NCBI GenBank assembly: GCA_036172245.1
Contig: JAYWIR010000034.1
Location: 558,001-622,000, forward strand
Length of the DNA: 64,000 nt
Reading direction: 5' to 3'
DNA from: Raillietiella orientalis
Taxonomy: Eukaryota
Numbering within the stretch: position 1 is the stretch's first letter; each line of letters opens with the position of its first letter. Below, one piece after another: positions 1 through 14,189 of this stretch. Both the position numbers and the translations under genes were made by a program. The notes under the pieces are model-generated. The model saw only the letters and a program-made list of their open reading frames with translations. It searched no databases and was not told where the DNA came from.

Positions 1-3000
1 AGGAACTGTCAGGAGAATGTCTCCCCTGCATGCTATCTGGAAAACGGGAGTTGCGCCGTTCTGTGGAAGTTAGATGGAGATATGGAAACGAAATGAAGAC
101 CTGCTGTTCTATGAAAAGGATCAGGAAGAGGTTACGAATTCTGGTCTGAAGGAGCATGTCAGAAGAGTAAGCAAGCATGGTGCGGATTACCGATGATGTG
201 CGCAACTGGAACAGGGAATGTAAGATCACTGAAAATTCACAAAAATTTCAAAGACTGCAAGTGCAGTTTCTAACGGCTTCTCATAGCCCAACTCTCACAG
301 CTGCCGAGGGAAAAATGTACCAGCACTTCGAGGTAACCACCATCCAAGAGTTCGGATCATAGCTTCTCTCTCTCTTCTCTCTGTAGGTGGTAACTAGTCT
401 TTCCTCTATCGATCTCTCGAAAGGAAGACAAAGGAGTTGTCAGTAAATGTGAACTATACAAAACCTTTAAAATCTCAAAGAAAGCTCAACGGTTATCGCA
501 TTGACTGAGAGTTCTAGATACGTTAGCCAGATGTTTCAAGTATCAGTGCCCTTTCTGATACTCCTATCCTGGCTTGTATCTTCATAACTAGTAGGTTCTC
601 TCTCCTTTTCTTGTCACATACTAATGCTAAAATCATACTCGTCATCTCTTCGTAATAGCCTCAAGATCAACTGGGCTTCTAGATGAATGGCATTCACAGT
701 CCACTGGCTTGTGATAAATAAATAGAGGTTGAAAACTGGATGTCGTGAAACTCCGACCATCGCCTTAGCTGAACCGAATGATCATCTCAGACAGCTGAAT
801 TGCAACGGAAGCACAAAAGAATGCTTATTGTTCTGAAACAAGACAATTTGATTTCCTAGGTGATCCCGGACGGTGGCACGTGAACGACGGCAAACAGACA
901 AAACCAAACCAACTGTTGATTCTCCTCGGGAGGAACTGATAACGGATCCTGGCGTGTTCTCAGCGTCTCGAGGAGGCAAGTTTCCGGGATAGCGAGGCTT
1001 TACTCCCGTCTCGATTGCACACAACCTGCAACCAGTGAGAATTCTTTGAATTACTCTTCCGGGAACTCTTCCGAAAACACGTGGAAGCAGGATTTCTGCT
1101 AGCTAGGAAAGTTCTCGTAAAAGAAATTGGAATCAACAATCAACGAAAGAGAATGGATCTCAAAGACAGGGCATGCCTCCGCAGCGTGGAGGAAAGGTCA
1201 TTGAATCCTATGCAGCTCTCAAGGCGAGGACCCTTCTATTTTCATCTGGTCTTCATTAGGCAGGCTTAAGAGAGGTACGAATGGGAAAAAGTTTCCATTT
1301 GAAAGAATTTTCCGGTCTGGGTGGCAATCCCGTCTACCTGTACTCAACAAGAGGATGTGGTTCGCGGTGGGGGTCTCATGCTTTCGGGATATGTTTCCAA
1401 AGTTGTGGACGGCCCTACTTACCGAACAGGACGAAAATCTTCCGAATCCGGGATGCTGAGACCAAACTTCCTCTGGACATAATCGTTGCAAGGGTCCCAT
1501 TGCTCTTGAAGCATGATGGCGGCTACCATGAGTCTTTCTAATCACATCAGGGAACAACAAATTTGTCCCGTGCTCTTACAAGGGGCTTCTGCTTGCTGTC
1601 GAATGGGAAGATGATGTGATCGGTAATGGCTGCGTATGTGGAGAACGAGACTGCAATTGATGAATTCAGCAGATGAGTCGAAGGTTCCATCCGTAAGGAA
1701 GTGTTTCTTATTCCCGAGAGAAGAAAGGTGCGTTCAAGGCAGTTTATTGGATGTTCTAACGGAAAAGTTCCACAGAAGAAACAGGAAGAGGGACCTTTGC
1801 GAAAACACAAAGCTTGTACATGTACTTGTGGGCTCAGTGGAAGAAGTTCTGTTCTTCCTTGCTTTAACGAACGGGCCAGTAGGAGAAGTGTACGGCTTGC
1901 GGACGCATGTACTCTGTACCTGCAGATCCTCTCGATGCTACTTTCCTGCTAGTCGATAAAGCGGCAATCGAAAACAAGTAAGCAACAAGGAATGAATGAA
2001 GCATGCTTGCGTGAAGACGCGGCCTCTTCTGGAAGTTGGATTGCAGGAACGGAGGAAACGATCACCTCAGAGGTGATCTCGTCTTTCGTTTCTGACTTCT
2101 GCTGCAGCTGCGTGATGTTGCCGAGGTTCTCAGTGCGACGAACAAAGACGCCACAGGGAAAGTCGCTATATGGAAGGGAACGAAGCGAAGCGACTTGCAG
2201 CTTGGATGATGAGTGCAAATTCGGAAATGAGTCCAGCTTGCAGAAGAGAGAAAAACTGATCTAAATCATCAGAGATTCCATATCAGCGAAAAGCTATAAA
2301 GAAAATCGAAGAAACTAATGGAGCCTTGATGAAAGTAATTGTGGAATTTTGACTATCCGCGAAAACCAAAGAGTGTCGGGATGCGAGATCAATGGGAGTG
2401 CAAAGACCTTGTTGATTGCCTGAAAGCCGATAATCAGAGCGGACTGAAGGTACACCCACGAAATCCCAATGCGGATAAAAGCAGTGGCGATCCTCGTGTC
2501 TTGTTCTAAGCTTCCCTTGCAAGGCATTTCATTTGCGATTGCATTTTTGTTGAATACAGGCACGGAAGAAAGATCCTAGGCTTTCGGTGTCTTGGGATTT
2601 ATTGCGAAAGGAAAAGACACCTCAAAAGACAAATTTGTGTTCCTACGAATAGCAACATTCCGATCAAAAAGTTGAAATTCGGGAGTAAAGGCACGAGAGT
2701 TCCTTTCATGAAATGCCAGCTTTCAATTTAGTGCATTAAAGGGAAGCCTGACTTCAGGGTATAAAAGCGAATCTTCATGCGAACATGACATCTTCCGCTT
2801 CGGATAGGTTGATGGGTTGCCCTCACGCACTCACACTACTTTTGGAAGCTCGAATGCTCGAATTCTTGCTTTGAAAATTCCCGTCTTTAGGGCGGAACTC
2901 ATGGGCCCAAATCAAAAACTGTTATCCCCTAAGGGGGAAAAAAAAAAAAAAAGTGTTTGTTCGATAACCGTAAATTTGACCTTTCTCTTTCGAGAGGCAC

Positions 3001-3389
3001 CACCGGATAAGGTTTGATTCTACAACCACCAAGTAGTTTGCTTGCTAGTAATTTCAAATCGGGAATTGCCGTGTTTTGAAAGTCTCTCACCTCTGGCTGT
3101 CATGTCACCTTCCTCACCTTCCAGGACCAGAAGAGCCTTCGAAAGACAATGAGCCAAGAGATGAATCAACAAATCCTCTTAAGAAAAGTATATTAACAAT
3201 AAAACCAAAGTACGTCCCAGATACTTGAACACACTTGCATCTCAAAGGAAGCCATCGCTAGAAATTCACCGATGCGACTGCACCATCCCCTCTTGCAAAT
3301 AGTCATCAAGGTGTCTGGAAACTTCAACGATTGCAGCACGTTTCTTCATGCATCGTTTCTTCCTCATAAGTCAGGGTGATTCCTCGAAT

Positions 3390-6300
3390 TCCGGGACGTT
3401 CATTCCTTGAAAAGCAAGCAAAGAAAAATTTGGGAAATAAACGAAAGCCTGCGGATGGATTCACCGATACGCAGGTCGGGCAAGCAGAGAGTCCGAAACG
3501 AACGAGAAGAGACAATAAACAGAAAAAAACGCCCTGCAGCCTCCTCAAGATGTGCATCAGCTATTCAGAGACTTCTTGCGGCAGGTCTTCGCCTAGGCGG
3601 CTGCTAGGCTTTTCATCGAAGTCGCCTGAACGTTTCCTGGAAACAATAAACATTACAATAGGATGAGATCTTTGGCCTTATCAAGTCCCAGTCACGCCTT
3701 ACCAAGTGACCGGTGCGCAGACCGGAAAGGATGGCCTCAGCAGCAGAGGAGATGGAAAAAACGAAAATCAAAACGTAACCATCTATAACTCTGGAGAAGC
3801 ACGGGAAGGGATCACTGCCTGCTAAAGGCCGTCCACCGCATACTCTCCAGGATGCTGGCAAGTTCTTCACGGGTTTTCTCAAGGTGGGGTCATCTCCTTG
3901 CCTTTTGCAAAAACCGTGAATGGCACCTGTGCGGCTTCTTCCTCCACTGGCGGCGCTCCACGCAGCCTCAATGCCACGTGGGCGGCAAAGAGCTGCTAGC
4001 GATGCAGCCAGCGGCAATGCATCGCGCACGAAGGAGGGTCTCAGTGAGTCCCTGAAGTTGCCACACGATGTCCGGAGGATCCTCGCTGTGAAGCGTCTCC
4101 TCAACGGTTAAATGCCAACAAAGAGCACGAGCAGGTGCAGGAAGGTTTCACGTTCCCCACACCTGCAGCAATTCGGGTTCAGATATCCCCGGATCCAGTG
4201 ATGTCGGCGCGCGCAGCATGAGAGGCCCCAGAGGAACAGCATGGGCGCCGAAACCTGTCCTTGAGAGGGAGCGTGCGGTTGTTCAAGAGCTCTGGGGGCC
4301 ACTCGAGGTCCTGACAGAGAATCCTCAGCAGCTCACCCGAACGCACAAGTCGGTTTGACTGGAGACTTGAGATCGTGATATCAGTCAGCTGACCCGTGGT
4401 CATCCTACTTCTGGAGGAAACTTTGCACAAGACTTCCTATTTCGCCGGTAGGTTTCTGCCAAGATGCTTCATTAGGGAAGGTAGCTCCGCGGCAAGGGAA
4501 CTCCTTCGTGCCCACACACAATCGATGGGATGCACGATGGCCTTCTGCAGCGAGCAGTCGTTGTACAAGGAGTGCGGCAGTAACTTCAGGCTTGGCTCGT
4601 TGATCTTTGCACACGTGCTAACGGTTTTTCGCAATCAGACACTGCGTTCGCGGGGCCAGGAGATCCGGGCAGTGTCCCTGGTCAGTGCAACTACGCGTCG
4701 CACTTGTAGCCCGCAATGGGATATGCTGCAGCAGCTCCGTGACGCATCCGCGGCCGGCGGCTCGTCTGACCAGGAAGCGTGCCGGTACGCACCAGTCGTT
4801 GCTCCAGAGCTTTGCCACTGGGGCCAAAGTTCTCCATTGGAGCTACCGCTCCAGGAGCTCCAGCGTCAGGAAGCCGAGACCACGATCGTGCGGCGGAGCA
4901 CACAAGTGCTTCAGGCAGACTCTTGATCTCCCTTTGCTCCACTGGACGATTCGGAGGAGGTCTCAAAACTTCTGGGAGGAGGACAAACAGAAAGAAGGAG
5001 GGGGAAAAGAAAAGCCACAAAAGTGTTTCACACCGTGGCTCGTTGCGTCTGCCTCCTTGGAAACGGGCCGAGCGCCTGTTCTGCCTCCTGAAGATGACCG
5101 GACCAGGATTCTGCAACGCAGAAGTCACCCAATGGAAAGCTAAGGTAAGTTACGCTCCAGCTCATGAGGGTCTCCAGGAAAATCCAGTCTGACCGTCCAG
5201 ACCACGCTGCTCCAGTCGGTACCACCCACGAAACTCTCCCTGTTCCCTTGCAAGCCTGTGTCCGACTCAGCAAATCGAAGAAGCTATCGAGCAGTGAAGT
5301 CGGGGTGGACATGGGGAGCAGCAGCAGAAGATCGTCGGCGTAATACGAGCCGAAGGAGTGCCAGGCTGCGAACTTGGTGGAGAAGCAAGAGTATTCCTGA
5401 ATGCCCTCAGCACCGCTTCAGAATGGGTGCTGAAGAGCAAAGGGCTGTCGCTTTGCCTCATCCCGCGGCATCCTGTGAACATGCTCTCCGCTGAAAGAGA
5501 CGTTGATCAGCGTTCCGCGCCAGCAGGAACCCAGATAGGTCGTTAAGGTGGCCGGGAAACCCGAGCGTTCCAGGAGCTCCAGTAGATGTTCCTGCTCAGC
5601 GCAATCGAATTTCTTGCGCAAGTCGGCTGCCACCGCCCGATCCTCTCACCCCAAACCAACGGACGACTCGGAGTTCGAACTGCCAATCGTGCTGCTTTCT
5701 TGTTGGAACTGAAACCATGTGCTGGCGAATAGCACGTTGGCTTCCACGCTTGGCCCGGGAACAGAGTAAGTCTGCTTCGGGATAATCACAAATCAGACAA
5801 CCGGCTTACAAGCTCAGCGCACAGTTTGGCTAGCAGCTTGGCGTCCGCGTTTACAACGGTAACCGGCCGCCAGTTGCGTATGCCTTCAAGTCTTTCCCTT
5901 CAGGAGACGACGTACTGTTGCTGATCGCAATGTGGCGGGTGACTTCCCGCTGCTGGAGGGGTAGCTCCTGTGAATGCCGCGATGGCGCGCACTCAAGTCA
6001 ACGTCTCCGATCGTAGCATCGGGCGAGTCCGCCTCGTGCAAAGAGTCGCTGCGGCAAATTCCTGTCCTTATCCTCCAGACGAAGAAGCGCTGAAGCCAGC
6101 ACCCCGCTGCCGCTGTTCTTCGAGGTCACCGCAGTCCGGCTACAGGGGAGGCAACGATTCGACCGCCCCGCACCCGTAACAGTCCAATGTCTCCATTTTC
6201 CTGGGAACGAGGTGCAAGCGTTCTTTGCAGCGGAAGCTACAGCGGCGAGAGAACACCGTCTGGTGCTTCCCACTGAGAGAGAGACGTCTGTGCAAAGGGC

Positions 6301-6585
6301 AGGGAGCATCTGTTTTTCGGGGAGCACCCGGAGTACGGTCCTGTCTTTGACGTGAAACCGTGGGATGTCAGCGTCGACCAACTCACTCGTCCACTAGCCG
6401 TGTTGGATTTTCGTGACTCCCATTCTGCCTCTTGGCTTCGTTTCTTTGCAAGGCTGTCTCTTGATGTCGCCTCTGCTGACTGCTTCGTAGCTGTCGCCGG
6501 AAAAGACCGGAAAGAAGTAGCAATGCGACTGCACAGATACAGCCTCGGTTGGAGAGAATTACAAAGTGAACAGAGGCAGACAAAG
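3390..6585 (-). mobile_element. Degenerate 5'-truncated L1/Tx1-like non-LTR retrotransposon (ORF2 linker, RT, zf-RVT-like finger, 3'UTR); copy 1 of an inverted duplication
   Basis: Minus-strand translation across frameshifts gives NWRPVTVVNADAKLLAK, AADLRKKFDCAEQEHLLELLERSGFP, YADDLLLLLPMS and NPNCCRCGERETFLHLL, then a T-rich 3'UTR. Many stops and frameshifts. Confidence 0.88.
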
Positions 6586-9500
6586 AGCACTTGCAGCAAA
6601 AGATTCTCATGTAGGAAATCCCACAGATTAATCCTAATCCCTATTGTGAGCAGATTCTCCAGCAACTTCCAAGGAAGAACCTTGCAAATAACTTCATTTG
6701 TCCTGGTATGTCTGAGGAAATGCTAGGAATGATATGTGACTGACTGTGTTTGTCATAACGTGAAGGGAAAACGGATGTCTGAATTGAAGGACAGCACCAC
6801 CGTTAATAGTGGTTGAGGAATGAAGTCCATCAAAACCTTCTGCATGAATTGAATCGGATGGCCTTGGAATGGAGTCTGAACTCACTCTCAACATACCAGA
6901 GCTCATAAAGCTCCCAGGTCAACTGGAACTACTTGAAACTTCGCTGTTGCTTCATGTTGATAGCACTATGTCGTACCAGGGGACCACGGACATTTGATTA
7001 CCGGATCTTCTGTTCGTTCTATGATAAAAAAAGCAAGGATATCGAGATGGCTAACATACACGAGTAGGATCACTGTCGAAATAGCAAATATGATGCACTG
7101 GTTTCCTCAAGGCAGCAGTCTTAGAAAGCAAAAGAGACTTCCGGAGAAAAGCGCAATTATTCGCTGATCTGAAACATTCTTCAGATGCTTTTTCATACCA
7201 GTTGTTTGAATGTTCATTTACGGCTGATAAATTGATGTAAAAATGTCACGCTTTGCCCAGAGCAAACATATGGATGTCAAACCTCGAACTAGACTGTGCG
7301 CAGTGCTTAGAAACTGGCTGGGGGGTGAAGTGGAAGGAAAATGAATAAATGTGGAAATGAGTAGGAAAGAAGACAGGCCGATCTCTGGATGCTATTAAGT
7401 CCCGAAATCATGAATCTCAAGGGTCGGTAAGTAGGAGAAGGAGGAGAAGGAAGAGGAATGCAGGAGAAAGGGAGAAAGCGTCTATTCACCGAGTTTGATT
7501 GAGACTTCTGCCCAGAATTGTCACGAGGCACTCTTCAGTATCTGCCTTGGCAGCTGAAGCTTATTGTGTGCACATTTTGCATCAATGCAATCACGGAGAG
7601 CCAGCCACTCCAGTCTGCGGTGATTACTGCTCACAATTACAAAAAATAGCTAACGAGACGAGCAACACTCTTATGAATCCTTGAAGAGCACCACTGGAGT
7701 GATGCAATGCTTTCGCATATGCATTGCAACTTTCGGCGTTCCAGGAAGAAAACCTTGGGCAAGGGAAACTTACGATCCCGCATTGTGCTCATCCTTTCCA
7801 GTCATGAAAATGACGCTCATCAGAGCAGCGGCAACAATGCACTTGCAAGATGGCTCTGTGCTAGAAGATCAAGACAAGATGGGAGCACCCAGCAGGAAGA
7901 CATCTTGATAGTGAAGAGCTCTTGGAGAATCCCTGGAAACTCTCTCCATCTTCAATGACCCACCCAGTGCAAATTCTCGAAACCTGAAGGATGCATGTAT
8001 AGTTCATTTGGACCACCTCGGTTTCAGACGACCTTAATCTGTGTTCCGTTCTGGTTGAGGATGTTTGCTGAGTACTTGTTTGTCCCTGTGCATTCCATGG
8101 AAACGTATGCCTGAAGATTTTTGAAAATCAGCAAGCAGGTCAACTCTATTCATGTCTCCAAGTTTTGAAACAGATGTTTTTGATTGACTTGGTTGAAGAG
8201 TCAGAAAGCACTAATTCCAAAAATCAAGCATCCAGATGAGAAACTCATTGTGAGGATTGGAAAGGTGAATCAGAAGGAACTTGTAGCACTCACTTGGGAT
8301 CTCCAATGCCATATCGGCCAGGGAGATCCTAGGAACAAGTTGGTAGTCTGGAATCCTTGTTCTCTCATTCATCTTATACTCCAAAAAACAAATCGATTGC
8401 GGGTACTCACAGCTCCAAAGCATCAGTTCATTCATTCGGTCCTTGTGACTGTTGCGTTGGTCTTTTGTCTGAGGTTTGAATTTGATTTGATTTGAAATTG
8501 TTCGAAGAGCCTTGCCATCAGGAGTTTGACAATATGCGGATCTTGGATGAAATATGAGCGTTTAATTCCCGGTTCTCCAGTGGTAAGACCAGCAATCAGC
8601 TTTCTTCCACCATCATGTCTGTCACCAAGTCAGTTTCCGCAAGGGTTGGGAGAAATGCTTGTGTAGGATGCACTACTGCAAAGAGTCGCAGGGTTCGACC
8701 CAACATCTGTTTTGAAGCGCTTCCTGGACCGAAAGGATGAAACAGGAAAACAGACGCCAGATCAGCCCTTGCCTCGTGGTGGCAGAGTGGCTTGCGGTGG
8801 AACGGCAGATATGAGCGAGTGCGATCTCAACTTGACGACGTGAAATTTCGAGAAAGACACGAACGATAAGAATTCTCTGCGAGTCCAAGGGGAAAAAGAT
8901 AACTCAGAAAAATTGTTAATCCTGCTCGGACCTTGTGGTTATTAGAGAATCGTTGCGAGCTGAGGTGGTTCTAAACATTATTATATAGGAATTTCGAAGC
9001 AAGAAGAATGGATGATGCGTTCGTCTAATCGCAAGGCGTCCCCAGAGTTCACAAACAGTAAGGGCAGCACGTTTGGCACTAACGATAAACGATCGAAAAG
9101 TTATCTCCACGAGCGCGTTCCACAGTCCCACAGGAATTCTTCCCTGAATATAAGGTCTCGAAAAAATTCATGAGTAGCGTTGTCTGGATCTTGAAATGAA
9201 TTGTTGAGGAAAATAAACAAAGTGAAAAGGGAAGTATCAGTCCTTCGAGGAAACGCGAAATTTTCCAGAAAAGCGTCCTTGAAACGAGACGATGCAGGAA
9301 ATGATTGGTCAGTGCATTTAAGCTTGCCGATCAATCTGTTAGATCGAAATGCTCATGTGGGTCCACGTGGAGGATCGCAGCGCTAAAGATTCCAGCAGTG
9401 TGCGGACATCGTGGCTGCACTCGTCAAAATACCTGGATCAGTGGAAGGCGCCACAAAAGCTTCGAGTTTCTGTGCTGGCGGTCTCCTTTCAGAGATTCTT

Positions 9501-11910
9501 TGCATATCTCTCTGCAATTTTTGTAGATGCGACGTACACGTCTCACCTCTGGGATTCCTAAAGGGAACTATCCAGTGATGAAATTTTTCATGGGGAACCC
9601 TGTGGTTTGCAAACTCAGAGGGAACGTTCATACTCTGTGGGCAATCTTTGAAAAGGGTAGGAAAACAGTAACAGCTCGAAGGGAACAGGCAACTAGAACA
9701 TCCAGAATGATTACATCGGGTGATAGCAGATTTTTTTGCCGACTGAGATTCCGCTAGGTTGCGGGAGAAGCACTCGAGAGAAAAATACGTTTCATGTATG
9801 AGAACATCGTAAGATGAAAGTACAAAAAGGAGGGAAAGGGAGGGTACAGAACGTTTTTCAATGACAAAGAACCGACAGCTGCGGAGGAAAAAGAGCGTGA
9901 ATACCATTGATCAATCACGAGTACTATGATATGAGAGAGGCATCCACAAAGATGCAAATTCTGTTTCCAAGCGACAATGCTAGATGGAAAACCCAGACTG
10001 CAGAAGTGGATTCCCATCCTTTTCTCTCTCCTGTTTTACATGACTACTTTCAGGGTATTTATCCGTATGAATGGATGTGGAAATGTCTCTGAAGGCGCTC
10101 ATTTTGCATGCTAGGATGCCTTCTTTCTAGTGCAGCCATGTTTCTGCAAGCAATCAGGAATCTCCGAAGACTGAACTACTGTCGGATGTATCGTGTCACC
10201 ACGGTGATCTAGACTCAGAAATCGAATGAATGAGATGAACAGCATGCGAAAACGAAATGCCCAGTCAATAAATGTTCTCTCAGAATCTCTTTTAGATCGA
10301 GTGCTGTTTATCATGTTAATGAACGAAGCAGAGAAACTTACTGAATACGTAGCGCAAGACGGATTGGAATAATCGAATGAGTGGTACGCGCGAAATTAGG
10401 GAAACTTTCTAGATTCAAATTTAAAATAGAGATTTCAGTACCCAAGCAACTAAATATTTTCTCCTGAGAAGCAGCTGAAAATCTTTTTTGCGTTTGCTCT
10501 GCAGTCACTACTAAAGCTGTTCATTTCTTAAGCAGCAGGGCAAATGCATGAGTGCCACAGATTCCTCACTGGGAAGACACAAAATACCAATAGTCAGCCG
10601 ATCTGCCTGAGTTCCCGTTCTGTATATGTTAAAATGCATTACGGGAAAAAAACATGAAAGGAGATTATCATCAGGAAGCCCATGGAACAACTCAGGGACA
10701 GAAGTCATGCATGCGCACATGCGTATACACAACCTCACGCAATAATTCCCGAGCCGTTAGAATTCCATATTTCATGATAAAGGTTTCGTAGAGTCCTACT
10801 CTCAAGGCAAAACGGAAAAAGAAGGAAGAGTTTCTGCATCGCCACTCAGCACATTGCCCTAAAGCAAACCATGTGTCGGAAAGACTCACGTCTTTGGTGC
10901 TTTAGAGCGGCAGAAAACTTGCTTTATCTGCTTTCTTTCTGTTCTGGTCAAAATTTCCTCTGGGTTCCCGTTCTCCTCCCTGCGTACGGGATCGCATTCT
11001 CCAGCGACGAAGAACTCTGTCCCAAATTGGCATGCAACAGTTCCAAATTATTCTGGTGAGGAAGGCAGCAAATTGGAATGGACAAAGTGGATCTCTTGCA
11101 GCGACCTTTTTCCTCCGCCCCGGAGCTAACGTTGTTAGATTTGTCAGCAGCGAAGGACCTCTTTGGTGCGTAGAACACAGAACAGTCATCGAACAGTGAC
11201 TCCCGTCATAAGTGACATGTCATGCTGAGTCCTTTGTCATGCGGATGCGTGCGTGTAACTTGCGCAACCCTTCACAGCCACGGTTTGAAACAGCCACGAT
11301 CGGTTTGGCTCCGGGGAGATGGGAACGGCATCGGGAATGAACTGCAATTGATATCGACTCAGTAGGGCGGATGACAACCAATCAGCATTAAAATCAACAC
11401 CATGTTTTCACACACGGTGCTGATCTTAATTCTTTAACTGCGTGCATAAAGTACACATGTACACACACAAGCCCATGCACTAAGCATGGGTTTGCAAATA
11501 TTCTTGGGCATTCCTTGGCGTGAAGCTTCAAATTTCGTCTGAAGATTCGGTCGAGTTGAGAGATTTAAAGTTTCGAGGCTGCAATGGTCGGGCATGTTGC
11601 AATCGTTCGCGAAAGCAAAGTTCCGTGAAAGCTCAAGAAACCAGAAGGGAATGACCTCCGCACAAATCAAAGGACACGCATGGATTCTCCAATCAATAAG
11701 TCGATCACACATGGAGGCTAATTAAGCTTTTTTCTTTTTTCTTGGTAAGGGAGCAGGATGCAGAGAGCCGTAAATTGAATAAATCGACTCTTCGAGCAAT
11801 ACAGAGCAAACCAAGAAGCCCCTTATGTGATTCAGGCGATGGAATTTTCATGATGGATTTGTCGCTTCATTATTTTTTTTTTCCCCCTCCTGCAGGCTGC
11901 TTTAATGATT

Positions 11911-11975
11911 CTCGGAAACATTCCGAGCTGCGGCTCAGTGTTTAGCGCTTCACGGAAGCGCTAAACACTGAGCCG
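11911..11975. repeat. Two adjacent perfect hairpins (7-bp stem at 11911-11927; 21-bp stem with 3-nt loop at 11931-11975)
   Basis: ctcggaa-aca-ttccgag followed by cggctcagtgtttagcgcttc-acg-gaagcgctaaacactgagccg; the arms are exact reverse complements. Confidence 0.9.
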
Positions 11976-14189
11976 AGAGTTAGTTGCATGCTTCATTTCA
12001 ATGCAAATTACACCGCTTTAGCAGATTTTTCGTTACAGTGACTCCGTTGTGATTACCACGAGGCCGGCTCGATTCAACCTGAGAATCCAGCTCAGCCCCT
12101 CATCCCTGACTATCTCAGCGTCCCTTCGAGCTGATACTGATTGCACCGGTTTTCGCTCGTTTCGAGCCGGCCATATGACGGTCCCTCCCCAATTAGAAAA
12201 ATTTATTTAGCCCTTTTTTTTTTCTCTCTATACATGACCTGGCAGTCGGGAACGAAAACGTTTTCACTAAGGCCACTCGCCTGCTTTGTAATTCGCCACC
12301 GGCAAAGAGCATGCTGCAGCAAAAGTCGCTTATCCAGATCCCAGGCAACAAATTCATTTAGGATTTCTTAGAGATGCATTATTGACATTCTGCCTCATTC
12401 TGCCTCTGCTAAACTCTTTTCCTCGTCACCCGCGGGAAAAAAAAAAAAAAAAAAAATGCAAGATGCTTACGGAAATCCAATTAGCTGCTTGATTAACTTG
12501 GAAGCACTCTTTCTCAGTAATCTTTGCCCGGTGCTTGTGTAATCACTCGGATTTAATGACGTCAAATCAGCACCCCACGCTCTTAATCCGTGGTGTGTGG
12601 CTCCGGACAAACCACCTTAAATCTCCATTTTTTTCATCGATGTGAAGCGCTGCTTTTAGCCTTCGGTTTCCATTAGGACATCCACGATCATCTGCCTAGT
12701 TACCTGGAAGAATGTATCCAGGTGGGTGTTTCTGTCACCGGGACGTTCCGTGGCTTCATATCACTCTATAAAATGATGCGAGCTGGCAACCGGATACTCG
12801 TACCAGTCAGGGTGACTGAGTGCATCAAATCGAAGATACCGAGCTGCTCTCTATACACGCTCTTCGTAAAACTCTGATATCCTTGCAGAGGATCTTACCT
12901 TCGTCAAATTTTCCGTTTTGAGGTTTCATCACGAGCAGCAATGCAGCTTGTGGATCAGCTCCACAAATGATCACCTCCTCCGATGAGGTGCCTGTTAATT
13001 GCTTTTTAACTGAAGCATCCAAGTGAACATCTCTTTTCCGAAATGATATTAGGTGATTACTGTGCTGGGCCTTTAATGGTTACCATCAGATAAAGTTAAG
13101 AAGTCTCTTCATTTGAGAAAGGAGGGGGGAGAGGACAGTTATTTTCCATACAATAAATGTGTTATTGTGTCATTATATTGATTGCCTTTATTCGAATCAA
13201 TTTCAACCTATGAATCAATTGAATCTCTGCTTGTCTTCATAAAGATGTTTTATTAGTACTCGGTGCATGATTTAGAGTGAATCTGATCTATTTCTACTGT
13301 CACCCGAGACCAAGACTCAATCGAGTGATGAGGCGTCAACTGATGCAATTTCAAGATGAACCATGGGATGACTCAGCATCTTGCCGGACCATCCCGTGAA
13401 ATTAGTTCCTCAGTCACGAAAAGTGGTTCAACCTCTTTTTCTCTTATTAAGTGAGAATTTCCTGGAAAGCTCCTTCGAAGTATGCATTTCAAATCGGCGG
13501 AACCCAAGAGATCCGGACAAAAAGTAGCCGCGTGGTTCTTCGAGAACGAAACCCTCCTGTATTTGTGCACGAAAGCTGGCAGCGTCCACCTCCTTGAGGA
13601 AACTTCTTGCAGTCGTGGTGCATCTCACGTCAACAATGCCATCTATAAAGTATCTTTTTTCTGGCTTCCCTGGATCTCTTGAGGTCCACTCCGATGGATA
13701 AAACAACAGCCAGGGGTGAATATGGATCCAGAAAATTGAAGTCCGGAGACCATAAGCGATTGCATTCCCAAGGGCGGAAAAAGCTCTGCGTCTGCGGAAA
13801 ACACTGCGAGAAGGTGCGTCGGAGGGAACGTGCAACTTACTGAAAACGTTCTGTATACCTTTCTTCAGAATGCATAGAATCTATCGTCTCACACTGAGTT
13901 CTTCGGTTTCTCTATTTTCTTGATGTTTTTTTTTTTTGGTTCTGTTTGCACTCAAGAGCTGTTCGCCTAAGGGCTCACGAAACTCTTGGATACTGTCCAG
14001 TAGCTGGAATGCTGGACGGCGCGTCAGCTTGCTGATGCATGTACCCCTCTTCCTACCTAAAGGAATTCTGCTCTGTGTACAACTCCTGGACATCCCTCCC
14101 GAAAAGGCAGAAATATCCTCAGAGTTTGTCGACAGCTCCACGTCTTCCCTGAAGTCAGCATCGGCATTGCAGTCGCTGCACCGAAAGAT

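Noticed and set aside
7990..8620. Faint KDZ-transposase-like words on the minus strand (DGGRKL, FHGMH, TD.G...WSK)
   Set aside because: Requires arbitrary frame changes, lacks the CRH and YDI.C motifs, and the segment contains intron-like GTGAGT..AG pieces.
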